From assembly GCA_040954595.2 (NCBI GenBank), contig CM082589.2:5701186-5765185 (forward strand): 64,000 nt of DNA, in the 5' to 3' direction. The notes under the pieces were generated by a model that was not told where the DNA came from, ran no database searches, and worked only from the letters and a program-made list of their open reading frames with translations. A program made the translations under genes and the position numbers. Numbering within the stretch: position 1 is the first letter of the stretch; the number at the start of each line of letters is the position of its first letter. This stretch comes from Balanoglossus misakiensis (Eukaryota > Animalia > Hemichordata). Below are positions 14,177 to 26,722 of this stretch, piece by piece.

Positions 14177-17100
14177 ATGGCGGCATGCCTTGCGAGGAAC
14201 CGCACGGGGATCGTAAAGCTTCTTGCAATCTTCACATTACTGCCAATACTGGTAACACCGAGTCTCCAGATTGGCGGCGAAGACAACAGGACCGCCCTGT
14301 ACCTGCTCGGTCTCTTTCCCATCGACTCACAGGTCTGGGCCAGCGGAGAAAGTGCTCTACCGGCCGCCGAGATGGCCATCCAACACATCAATGAACGTCC
14401 AGATATTCTGCCCGGTTACGAACTGAAGTTATTATGGAGAGACAGTCAGGTAACAACATGCAGGAAAACCTCCGTATATACTGCGAGTTATTGTTTCACT
14501 GTAACACGGTTGGAACTATTTTGTGATTTGAATATCGAAAATGCAACTTTATTCAATGAAACTGCGTTGACTTTTTTGCGAATGGCTTCTTTTACAAGTA
14601 TTGGAATTGTAGATCGTTTTACATATTAATCAAGTAGAACAATGACATATAAAACATATTTTCATATTAAAAGGTTCAAATGATATCGTTTGTTCTAGTC
14701 AATCTATATGGGCTAACTTTAGTTTAAAACATCTATATGGGCTAACTTTAGTTTAAAATATCTATATGGGCTAACTTTAGTTTAAAATTAGAGTCACGCA
14801 AATGCCGAAAGTTTCAGCTCATGGTGTGTGACGGTTTATATGTCTTTTATATGTCTTTCTAGTGCGACCCGGGATCGGCAATAGATGGGGCGTATACCCT
14901 GATTTATGAAGAACCGACGAAAATCATGATTCTGGGACCCATGTGTTCGGCGGCCTGCCAAGCTGTGGCAAGAGCTGTCCGCAAGCGACATATTGTTCAG
15001 GTAGGCTGAGACCAATAAGACTTAGAGTACCGCGTCCAAACGGGACACATCCCAAATCATATTCTTTATTTTAAGACAGAATAATCTTAAGTTGTCCTTA
15101 GCCAAAATATTAGAAAAAGTTTGATTTTCGAGGAGCAGTCTAACATAAGTGTCAATGTCTTTCCCTTCCGCTCAACAGATGTCTTACGGCTGCGCAGTGC
15201 CTTCCTTGTCGGATAAAAGCGTCTACCCAAGGTTTTCACGACTTGTGCCACCCGACTCAGCTCACAATGACGGACGAATCGCACTAATGTTAGAATTTGG
15301 TTGGACTAAGGTGGCTACGATACATGAAGCTCTTGACCTTTTCGCTGAAGTGAGTTTCTGAACGACAGCTTGGACAGGGCCTGAATTTAAAGGCCGGCGA
15401 TGGTCTTATGCGCACGTGCGTGATCTTGTGTGTACAAACATTACGACCAGTTCTAATGTACTGCAAATTTTGTACTGAAAATGTTGGTTACGACACATTC
15501 AAATAGTGGACTGCCTTCGCATTATATTCCTAAAACCCAATAAAAATGTTCGACTGAGTTTGAAACTTTCAGTGAAATAATCGTAAACACAGTCACAAAT
15601 CCACAATCCAAAGTTCGATAACTCTGATTAAATACGTATGCAAATTAAGATAGGTGGGTGGGTGGATCTTTCTACCAAAAATAATTTGACAATGTCGTTA
15701 TTTTCATTATGAACACTGCAAGACCATGAGTGATATGATTCATCTGATGGAGGATAAAGGAATAAAGGTTGTCTCATCGGATCCTCTGTACGACGATCCA
15801 AGGATACCAATGGAAAAAATAAAGGTAAAAGTATGATTTGTAGAATATGTACAATGAATAGACAAAAGAAACGGAGTGTCGCTTCTTGACTTTTAGATAA
15901 AGTCGTGCGGCTATACAATTATCGGCGTTCACCACTGCCGACACGTTTCCGACAATTAGTAAGGGATGTACCATTTGATCTCCTAGGGGGGGGGGTCTGA
16001 AAGATTGACAGATGTGTTCATTCAGCGTGTTCGCCGTGGTCGTAACCCTCCCAAATTTTGGCGGGTTGTTGACGTCACCATTTTATCATTGGTGTCTCCA
16101 GGTGATCCCGGCACCTCATAAATTTTAATTTAAAGAGATTCACCGACACTGTACATTTAGACCCTTTCCTCATTTGAAGACAATTTGCATACTTTTTTCC
16201 TTTGCACTTTTCTAGTCATAGTACCCAAGGCCTGAACAAAATCAGAGCAGAATTCTCCCAACCCCGGCGGGGTAAACATAATAGGAGATGATGAGATAGG
16301 GACTGTACGTCTCTTCAAAATTCCCTATTACATTGTACACTTTCACCGATCTCACTGCCTGTTGCTTGCAGGAGATGGGAACAAGAATCATCATCGGGTA
16401 TTTCTACCAACCAATGGGAATCAAAGTGTTCTGTGAGGTATTTAATTTTGACTGTATTGCGTTAGTTTCGTAAGAAAGCAGGTGGATTTAATGAAATAAC
16501 TATACTCGTGCATGTATGGTCAGATAATCTCTATTGCAGATGATTAATTAACTTAATTTACATCGTATGTCTCGGTATGCCCATCTGATTGCAGGCATAC
16601 AAACTAGGACTTTATGGTCCCAAATACGGCTGGCTAATACAGGGCTGGTATGTACACACGTGGATCCAAGACAGCTGGGTGGACGGCATGGTCGATTGTA
16701 CGCAGGAACAAATAGCCGAAGTCGTAGATGTTAGTAAACTATACCTGTACCGATATATTCGGTATCTGCATGCCACAGAAATAGATACCGTTTTTCAAGT
16801 ATCATGCTATATTTGTGTCGTCACAAATCTGTTTAATTAAAATGTCATCACATAATGCAGAAATATATTCAATACCATTTTATGTGACGACCATTTGAAG
16901 TAACAGCGCAGCCATTTTGTGCAGTTCTTGGGATGTAAAGAAAATCTGGACCAAGGCCAAACTTCAAAGATGTTCGATTTTATATAAACATGCATATGAG
17001 TGATACTGAACCTTATCTTCTATCTTTTAAAGGGAGCTTTTTCGGTATTTAACTTTGACATTAATCCTGAAATTGACCAGCCCGGTATTTCTGGAATGGT

Positions 17101-20100
17101 AAGACTTGCATCATTGTTTTAGTCAGATTATTTATTAGTTTTATTTCGATTTCTGATGATTAGTAAAACTAGTGTGGTAATATTGCAGCTAGCTATCCAA
17201 TGCTGTGATATCTTGACATATCTTGATACTATGACGTATATTGAAAAATATTTTTTCTCTCTCTGGCCTAAAGAGGATATTTTTGTTTGAAAAACATAAA
17301 AAGACCACCAGAGCTGTTATTACAAATACAGTTGGTAATTCGTGTTCTTTTTGTAGGCTCCGAAAGAGTATTTCGGTCTGTTTGACGAATACGTCAACCA
17401 CACAGCCGACACTTTGTTTGGGTTACACATGAGTCCAACGGTGTACGATACAGTCTGGGCTCTCTCGTTGGCACTGAATGCTACGATGACTAAACTCGCA
17501 GCAACGGGTGAGTAGCCTATACATCAGTTTGTTTACAAACTTTGTTTGGCTTTGGTGTTGTGTTGTTCAGTGATGACATCAACAAAATTATCACTTATTG
17601 CATTTTCAGCCAATTTAGTTTAAGGGGCGAGTCGTCTGAACTGCCCATGCGCGACTTTTCTGTGAACAACAACCTTTATGTGAGCATACAGAAATCATAA
17701 CTTATCTTTGTTGGTCAATTATTTTCTTAACTGGAAGGCGACAAACGGCTAGAGAATTACACTTATGGAGACGAAGAAATATCAGACATGATAACACAGA
17801 GTATAAGCGAAGTGGCTTTTGATGGAGTTTACGTAAGTGTGACTAGCCGGCTTTTTTTCTTTTCCGAGATCCACCGAAGACACGTGTTACGATTTTAGAC
17901 ATTTGACTCACAAATGTTGACTTTATTACATGTACGTCTCCAGCAGTTATAGCGCGTGTTAATTTTATACAAAATGAACAATCTTGATGGTTATGTTCTC
18001 TGCAAATACCTCCAACAGGGGAAAATTGCCTTCCTCGAAAATGGAGACGTGACAACAGATTTTAAAGTTCAACAATATCAAGGTATAATTACTCATTTGT
18101 GTTTAATCTATTTTCGTTTCATATCTCTCTCTCTCTCTCAAAATCTACCTTCATGTAGTAACAATTTTAGTTTCATTTAAGACTGATATTCGAGGCTATA
18201 GCCTTGATATAATACATTGTACATGCACGTTACATTTCCAGGAGCCAACAACATGAAGATCGGTATCTACAAATCGGAGCCTCATATACTCGAGTTTTAC
18301 CCAGACGTTCCCGTTGTCTGGAAAGGTAAGGGAGTTTTCATTTATGATGCAGGGGTGGGTCGATAAGTCATGTGAAGAATGGCTCTCGACCCCACGATTT
18401 CTCCTACCCACACTCCTTCGTTATAAATGAAAACTCCCTAGACATTTATAATTTCCCAGGAGAAAAACAACAAAAAGGAAAGAAAAAAATCCTTGGATAT
18501 TTTAACTTCACTGTCAGCGGACACGAACATTATCGTGCTGCCAAGGCTTCTTTCCGATCAGCTGGATGCTTCCTGAAATTAGTTAGCGGGGGACTATGCA
18601 GTCGTGCTAACAGCCCGTACGAGCGGAAGATGAAACTCCCGCGCCGCTGTCATCCAAGCGAAAGAAACACCAAAAGCTCCAATGTTTAAACTAAACGATT
18701 CAAAATTTAACATACACAATAATAACAACTTGAAAACATGTTTTTTTTTAAATGTAGGCGATGGTCCGCCCGTGGCTGAATTGAGTATCATTTATGTCAT
18801 TCAGAGAGTTCCTGTATATCTCTACAGCATCATGTCCGTACTGGCGATAGCTGGGATGATTTGTAGTATAATATTTCTGACGCTTAACATTAAGCTCAGG
18901 CAAAAGCGGTAAGTCTAAAAACTGCCTGACCACGCGAGATCTCGTAGTGTCTCGTGAAATCCGGAAAATGGTCTATTGTATCAGTTCGTGAACGCACACT
19001 CCCCCATTACATATCGTTGTCTTGTACAACAATCGATAGCAGCAGATAAATGTTGAGAAAAATAGGAGGAGCATATATATGAGACGAGATGACCGATTAA
19101 AGTGAAGTCTGGAGTTAAGTGTTTTATCGTACTTGATTTTTGTCCAGAATCGTCAAGATGTCCTCTCCAAACATCAATAATATTATCCTGTGCGGCTGTG
19201 CTTTGACCTACGTGAGTGTCCTCTTCGCTGAAATCGGAAACTCCACACTCAGTCCTGAGAATATTTGGAAATGCTCTTCGTATACACTACTGCTCGGATT
19301 TTCAGCATCCTATGGGGCCCTCTTCTCCAAGACTTGGAGAGTTCACATGATATTTACCAACATCAAACTGCAGAAGAAGGTATAGGGAGTCGATCGACTG
19401 TTTTTATCAGTGCACCTGTTCATCTTATATATCACAGAATTCCTGAACCTTGGCTATCGCTTTCGTTCTTATCGGCTTGGAACAAATAGTGTCACTTTTC
19501 AATTGGACTGTTTGTCAATTTTCATACATTCTAATTTAATAGAAACACATTTGGGGCACAGGAAAATGCAACCGTAAACAAATAAACAACTTTAAGGTGT
19601 AAATTTGGTATTTCGGTGCAGATATGTGGAAATACTGTGACAAGTGTATCACTTTCGCCTGTATTTTCCAAAACCTAACAGGTGGTTAGAGATCGTCAGC
19701 TTCTGATACTGGTGTTCATTTTTATCGGGATTGACCTCATCACAATTGCATTCTGGGAAGGCCTGGACCCCGTGGAATCTGTTGTTTCCAACTTGAACCG
19801 ACTGGTGAGTACCTTCCCAACGAAACACCCAAACACATTGACTGTTTTTTCTTCCTATCGTATTCCTTGTTTGAAATTGTAAATAAAAATAATATTTTTT
19901 GACAATACCAACAGCATAAGTTAAACAATGGTGTTTCTTTGTACAGCCAGAGGAGATCGGTGATCGAATCTACATTCAACAGATCCAATCTTGCGAATCC
20001 AGATACATGACTTACTGGCTTGGAATTATCTACTCTACCAAAGCTTTGTTGCTTGTCTTCGGGGTGTTTCTAGCCTGGGAAACCAGAAAGGTGTGTGTGT

Positions 20101-20903
20101 ATACTGATTTCTGACTCGACTGGAAGAAAAAGAACATTACAAAAAAGTATTGTGACGTTGCCTGTTTCGTACGCTCAAATCATCGCGAGTCTGCTGGATC
20201 TACTGCCTCTGAATACTGATGTCGTATAAAAATTCTCAACTATTTCTTGTGGTGTTAAACAGGTTTCCATACCGGTCCTGAACGACTCTCGTCACATCGG
20301 CATGTGTATCTACAACGTGGTTATTCTCAGCACGGTTGGCGCCCCAGTGGCCTACGTCCTCCGGTCGCAGCCAGGCATCGCTTACGGCATGCAGTCCTTG
20401 GTTGTGCTGCTTGGAACCACAGTCACCCAGTGCCTTGTGATTTTGCCAAAGGTAAGGAATGGTCTTGTGCCACGGCTGAGTTAATTTTATCGTTCAGAAA
20501 TCTATTCTGTGATAACGTAAGAAGTCATTCATCTGTCATTCACGCGTTTTTTTTTGTTCTGAATCACGTAATGACGTCCGCCATTTTAAATTGCCTTGCC
20601 ACGCGAGATCTCGCAGAATCTCGTGCAGTTCGCAAAAGGGACTATCGGGAAGCTGTGCAGATTTTCTCACGACCAATGCGTTGTTGCGTTTCACAGATTA
20701 TGGCTTACAGAGCTGGAGAGGACATCCCCATGGGAACAAGTAGCATTCGACCAACGATGGGACAAGTGGGTACAGATCCCCATTTGTTAGCTTCCGATGA
20801 CAGAACGGCTGGTACGCACACGTCTGCTTGGAACTCGTCCACAGATCGACATATGCCCTCGGCCACAGGTCGACGTATACCTGTCAGCGTTGGAGTACAG
20901 TAA
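14177..20903 (+). CDS. GABA-B-receptor-like class C GPCR (Venus flytrap domain plus 7TM), about 796 aa; about 809 aa with the alternative last exon 21190-21232
   Basis: All exons are GT-AG and frame-consistent: 14177-14449, 14863-15000, 15179-15349, 15723-15824, 16372-16437, 16595-16729, 17033-17098, 17357-17507, 17738-17832, 18019-18082, 18242-18325, 18758-18908, 19148-19379, 19682-19804, 19947-20090, 20263-20451, 20697-20903. Motifs include a signal peptide, [110 protein letters not shown] and LPK. There is no cysteine-rich domain, as in GABA-B receptors. Confidence 0.93.
14702..14788. repeat. Three-copy tandem repeat (about 29-bp unit) in GPCR intron 1
   Basis: atctatatgggctaactttagtttaaaa repeated three times. 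Confidence 0.92.
18329..18439. mobile_element. About 110-bp inverted-repeat MITE at the start of GPCR intron 11
   Basis: agggagttttcatttat...gtgggt pairs with acccac...ataaatgaaaactccct; the outer arms match perfectly over 17 nt. Confidence 0.75.
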
Positions 20904-21189
20904 GTATCCCCCAATCAAGTTAAAGGCCGACGATTGTCTTTTACGCATGTGCGTAATTGAGACCAGAGTCTCTGGTTTGGCACATGCGCATAAGACAATC
21001 GTCGCCCTTTAAGTGGTGTTCCCATACAAAGTTGTTACGACTGGTTTCAGAATCAAAACTGCGAATAAATGCCCTGAAGTGTATTTTCATGAATGCGATA
21101 ATAGGTAACTGCATCATATTTTATGCCTTGGTTTCTGAACTTGTTAAAGTTCCCCACTAACACTCTCTATGTTTTGCGATATCTTTAAG

Positions 21190-21232
21190 GGTAGAGTTAT
21201 TACCGATGGCGACCCAATCGTCGAATGGCTGA
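21190..21232 (+). CDS. Candidate alternative terminal coding exon of the GPCR (QVELLPMATQSSNG*)
   Basis: A consensus GTAAGT donor at 20900 contains the TAA stop. The acceptor atctttaAG at 21189 restores the frame up to a TGA at 21230-21232. Confidence 0.55.
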
Positions 21233-21961
21233 CTGCGGACCCAAGACTTATTGTAAATCATATTTAACATTGGAGATTTGTGCAGTTGTGCAAGAACGGC
21301 AACACATGTTATAGCAATACATCATTTGCTTTAGCTATCAAACCAGAAATGAATGAATGAATGTACAAACCAATCAATCATGATTTCGTATTTTTAGTTA
21401 TAATGCTTATTCTCTTGGATTTGTAGATATTCTACTTGTTTTGTCTTTCTTTAGTTGCCATCGTCTTCTGCTGGGAGTATAATTTATCAGTTTGGAGATT
21501 AGCAACATTATTGTGTTTCTCATATTTTTGTTGATGTTTATTGATTTCCATTAGATTTCTCTTCTCACTCTGGTACTTTTCTGTATTTTTGGAGACTTTG
21601 TAATGTTTTCTTTTCTTGAAATAAATGTTTTCTGCAGTTCAAACAACTTTACAGTAATTTTGTGTGAATGTGTGTGCAATACAACTAAAATTATCAAATT
21701 CAACTCCCTGCTATAATAAATATAATAATAAACAAAATATATATGGATATTCATCTGTTTGTTCTGCATTTAATGCAGCCAGACATTCAGATTTACTAAA
21801 TGCGAATTGTCAGTTAATTAATTCCCATATGATAGGAAAGGGAAACAACATTTCCGTTAAGTAAATATCCTTTCGTTCTAACAGAAATATATCAAACCTT
21901 AAATGGTGGCAAAGATTCAGTCTTCAAAGACTGACTCAAAATTAGATCTGTCTGATATACC

Positions 21962-24900
21962 TCAAATAATCTTGCTTCCAGTTCCGAAAATGAAAAATAT
22001 CATCCAGCCCAAGAAAGACACGCAGGCTGTGGAGCAGAAGACGGCCGGCCAGCTATGCAGGTACTCCAGCAGATGTCCGGCTACGTAGACTCCAATGAAA
22101 CCCGGTATTGCGCCTGCTGTATTCATTACACCTACGCAGAAAGATGTTAACGTGTCAATAAGGCGCTGACCGACCTGCTGTAGCTTTGTAAGGCTGCGCG
22201 CGATTGGTTTATTTCTTTGTAGTGTGCTATGGGTGTGTAAAATGTTACAACCTATGAGGTTGCACCTTTCAAAGTGATGTGGGTCACCCCTGAATATGAC
22301 CTGGTCAGGGATTTATCTCTACTGGTAGATATAGCCAGCAGTAACTGGGTGTCACTGTACAGCAAACGGGACGGTATGACTGAGGGTTTCAACATGGCCA
22401 AGGTGTAGCAAAAGAAATGTGTCATAGACTATACTCTGTGTGTGTTTGATCCATCAATGGCCATGATCAATCCTCTCTCAGTTGTGACCATAGAATTGTT
22501 CAGGTTTTAAACTAAAAATAGAAATTGAAACGCAGTGAGACATCTCAGATAGCCCTGGCAGTTCAATTGACAAAATAAAACACTAACCAAAGACAGCACC
22601 AGCATAATCCGGGGCTATGTCTTGGGGATTTGCGAAGACGCCTGCCAGTCCAAAAGTCTGGAAGACGAGAGCTGCTGTGGCAAACAGAACTGCCGTTGAG
22701 AAATGATCCACTTGGCTTATTGCTAAAAGACACACTATCACGCCACTGCATTCTATTGTCTGTAAAACCAAAAGTAATTTAAAGTATAGACAATTAGTGA
22801 GATAGTATAACTTGCAGGCAAAATGTGCCGAGTTGATAGGAAAAAAAAGATGATGATGTAAATGAAAAAATTCTGCAACAACAGTTGACGAGGACACAAT
22901 TAACCATTTCACAGTATCGTCAGTGAAGATATACGTATAGGGGTTGCCATGCTTGTTTTTGAAATACAAGGCCATGAATTAGATGACTCCCGCTCATGAG
23001 AATGTGAATTAAGTCAATAATGAAAAAAAAAAGATTTTTTCACCAATGGTTTTTATATGAGTGAACCCATTCAAACAGCTGTTTGGAAATTTTATATGAA
23101 ATCTGGAACTTGATTTGATACAACGTTCAAAGTAAGATTGCTGCTATTAATTTTGCTGTGGCTTCCACATAGGAAATCACAATTGTAACTTATAAGGTTT
23201 AATATGTAGATCTTGGATGCTGTATAGGAGCATACTTACATGCATACATTTTCTTGCCACTGTAACAGAATAACCTGAGCTGATGATTTTATCTGCTATA
23301 AAACCTGCAATGATACCGGAGGGTACGCACAGTAGCCACGGTACAACATTAAAAATGTAACCCTGAAATTATAAGACAGTATATAGTGTTAAAAATGAGA
23401 ACTGGTATTTGGCAAAATTGACACTCTCAAGCTCATGAACCCTTGCACAGTGCCCTCAAGTGGGCACTTACGAGAATATGAGAAACCTTTTGTTTTTAAA
23501 CGTTTTAAATTGAAATGTTTATATGTACACGATTTTGTCCTGTCAAATTCCCGGTCAAAATGAAGAAATGAAACAGATACTTACATTTTCTCCTGGAAAT
23601 TTTTCAGTAAAATAGGTTGGAAGCCACGAGAACAGCAAGTGGAAGGAATAATTTAAACAGAATCTACCCAAAATAAGTGCCCTAGGAGAAAATGGAAACC
23701 AAAATTTGATGTAAAATTAAACTTATGGGGGTTTGTAGAAAATAACTAAAATTAGTCCTTTCATAGTGTTAATGGCTAATTCTCTGCACGACTCACCAAA
23801 AAGCAGGATGTGATATTAGCCTCTTCCAAGGAACATCTTTTATTGCAGCTTTTGGAACGGGCTTCTGGCTGGCCAATTTGGCCACCTGTCCGTTCAATTT
23901 TATGTTATCGCTGGTGTCTTCCATCAGGAAAAACTTCATAGCGAGTGCCCACATCACACTCAGTGCACCAAATGTATAGAAGACACTGTGCCAGCCATAT
24001 CTGGCCAGTAGAAAAGAACCTAGGCTTCCAGATAAAACATTTCTGTAAGAGAAATATTATCATTTAGTATTCAAACATTAATCGAGCCACAGAAACTTCC
24101 TTAAGCCACTCCCAATGACCCTGATCATAGTTTAATTTATCTTGTATCATGGTTTTATTGGAGGTGGGGGGGGGGCATGTCGGTCATTAACACTAAACCT
24201 AACCCTCTCGAAGATCATTGTGTGTGTTGGAATGATATCCCGTATTAAAGATGACTTCAGACATTAACAGGATCTGAGCTGAGGGGTGTTGTCCTATCCA
24301 CTTTATTCCTAAAATGAGTTCATCTTACCCAGCTGAAGTTCCAGCCATGACAGTTGCATATACTTTTGATCGGCCGGAATTCTCTGTGACTTTCTTTGAA
24401 AGCAAACTGGCCAGAGCTGGATAGTGGAATGCTGGAAAGAAAAAGACAAAGATGCATTGAATAAATGTACACCAGTATATAACCTCACACAGACCAGGCC
24501 ATCAAAAGGCTTTACACAAGTATGACATAGCTATGATTAAAGGAACCATGAAAATCCTCTCTTTTTGTTCAAAAGTCAATAAGCCAGCTAAAAGAGTCAC
24601 TACTAGGCACGCTTCATTTACCACATATTGATTTTACTATCAATGGTGAAACTGAGGTATATTTTTCCTGAGAGAAAAAGGCAATGGCTCTACCGTTGTT
24701 TACAAGAGATGAATTTATGCAGTTATCTTTTTTATTTATTTTGGTTTCAGTATTTTGTTATTATTTGTTTTGTATTATGTTACTCTTTTCTGTAGCATGA
24801 CCAACAGATTTTTCAGGGGAGTGAATAAAAAAAAAACATGTTAATACCTTGAGTTGCAGCAAATAAAACTCTCACAAACACCATAAAATTTAGCTGGTCA

Positions 24901-26052
24901 CTTTTGACTTCGAAAGCGTTGATGAAGTATGGTGTAAGGAAGGTGATGAATCCCCAGCCGAGGGCGGCCGTAGTGACCACCCGGTCACCACCAAAACGGT
25001 CACTCAGCCAGCCGGACAGAATCTGCGTTGATGCATAGCCCCAGTAAAAACATGATAAAATAAGTCCCTGAAAAAAATAATGATATACAATATATGAGAA
25101 ATTTCTTGCATAGAGTGTGAGTATCTGAAGCTTGAAGTGGAAGTTGACTGAAAATGCCATTGGATTCCTGCCATACATGCATATTTATAATGGTAGACAC
25201 CAACCACAAGAACCCTATATGGTGAGGTTAATCCTTTTACCACCATAGTTTGGTCCAAATCCATTGCTTTCAATAGAAGTGCTGGACTTTTATACAGGGA
25301 AATAGAGCGAACGTGTTAAAATATTTACTATTCTTTTATTATAAAACTTTCCATCTATGTTTGCTTACCGTCTCTGTTTTGTCCCAGTTGAATTCATGTG
25401 AAATTTCCACCGCTGACAGGGGCATGGAATTCCTGGCAGCAAAAGTCAGCATAGTCCCTGTGAATAACGCGATGGTCCATACTTGTCTGTCAGACCTGTA
25501 TGATCGAGGTGGAAAGAACAAGATATTACTGTTTGTGTAGCATAACCAAGTGTATTGGTAAATGAGCAAACTCTAATAGTCATCAAACTTCTGGTACACT
25601 GGCATGTGAAGACAAATAATCAGTTATCATGCTACAATGTTACTAAGATTTGAACATCTCCTGACATGAAGCATGACAATGATTGGAACTATTAAAACTA
25701 CTCTTTGCCCTCATACATAAAACCTCCTTGAATAAGATGTCATGTAATGAACAGTAGTAGGTTTTGCATTCCAAGTATATCTTGTTCGGGAACAATAACT
25801 TGGTTTGTAACAGTAACTATCTGCCTCCAAAACATTACGAGCTGTTGAAAGAGTTGCTTAGGTCATCAACGGCCGTGACCGACTGACCATCGCTTTCAAG
25901 ATTTCGCAATGGTTGACCTGACGTGACCTCGCCCAGTGTTTATACATGGTAGCCTAGGGTCCCGAGAACTTCCGTGCGACATTGACCCATCTTCCCGGTC
26001 ACTTGATGACATACCTACTCCAATGCGCGTTCTCCTGTTCCGACGACACCAT
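21962..26052 (-). CDS. SLC17A9: Solute carrier family 17 member 9 (vesicular nucleotide transporter, MFS), 431 aa
   Basis: Exons 26052-26015, 25495-25369, 25067-24848, 24431-24329, 24042-23797, 23681-23585, 23362-23240, 22759-22588 and 22131-21962 total 1296 nt in an open frame. Motifs include WTIALFTG..ARNSMP, LSCFYWGY..TQILSGWLSDRFGG, FHYPALASLL, WLPTYF, FNVVPW and NPQDIAPDYAGAVFGVMNTAGAIPGFIGVYVAG. Confidence 0.95.
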
Positions 26053-26722
26053 GTTAATCAGAAATGTTCATGAAAACAACGGAGCACCAAGTTTCGCAAC
26101 AGGTCAGGTCCGAGATTAGAATATTGCCACGTCGTCTGCCACATTTTGGAGAGCCAGCGTCATGCAGTCAGACCTCCTACCTCCGTGGACCGTGGAAGTC
26201 CGAGAAAGACACGAGTCCTGTTTTGAATGCACACCGAGAAAGCCTTACTTCTTGTCTCAGAATAAATGACCTTGGTCAGTTGGAAACAATGCTTGAAGCG
26301 ACTGAACTTGACGGACAATTATTTACAAGCTGATGCGTCCATTTATCATCCATATGGACACATTAGCAGACTCCCCAGAAAGGCAATGTTTTACTACTGG
26401 CGCCCTCTACAGGACGAAACAGAAACAGTTCAGAAAATAACTCAACCAAGGTCAAAATTGGCCTATTATGCGTTATGCGAATGTTTCTTGGTGAGATATA
26501 TCAAAATTACATATGTGATTATTACGTGGACTTCTATCAGTGCTCAAATCGGAAACAATCTGGTGGTTGATAATTCAGGGTTAGTTGGGGGCTCCACAGG
26601 AAGTAGAGCGCCTGATCGATGCGTTACTCATCACTGCGTACCTGTGCCCGGTAGTAGTGTAGTTACTATTGTGCCGGCGATCTACGGTTGCACTGAGCTG
26701 ATTTCACCAAATTCTATCCAAA
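26053..26722. promoter_or_regulatory. Bidirectional promoter region between SLC17A9 and LTV1
   Basis: The divergent ATGs are 670 bp apart. ETS-type CGGAAGT motifs lie at about 25968 (minus strand) and about 26743. Confidence 0.55.

Noticed and set aside
14702-14788. Regular direct repeats resembling a CRISPR array
   Set aside because: The units are contiguous without unique spacers, there are no cas genes, and the context is a eukaryotic intron.
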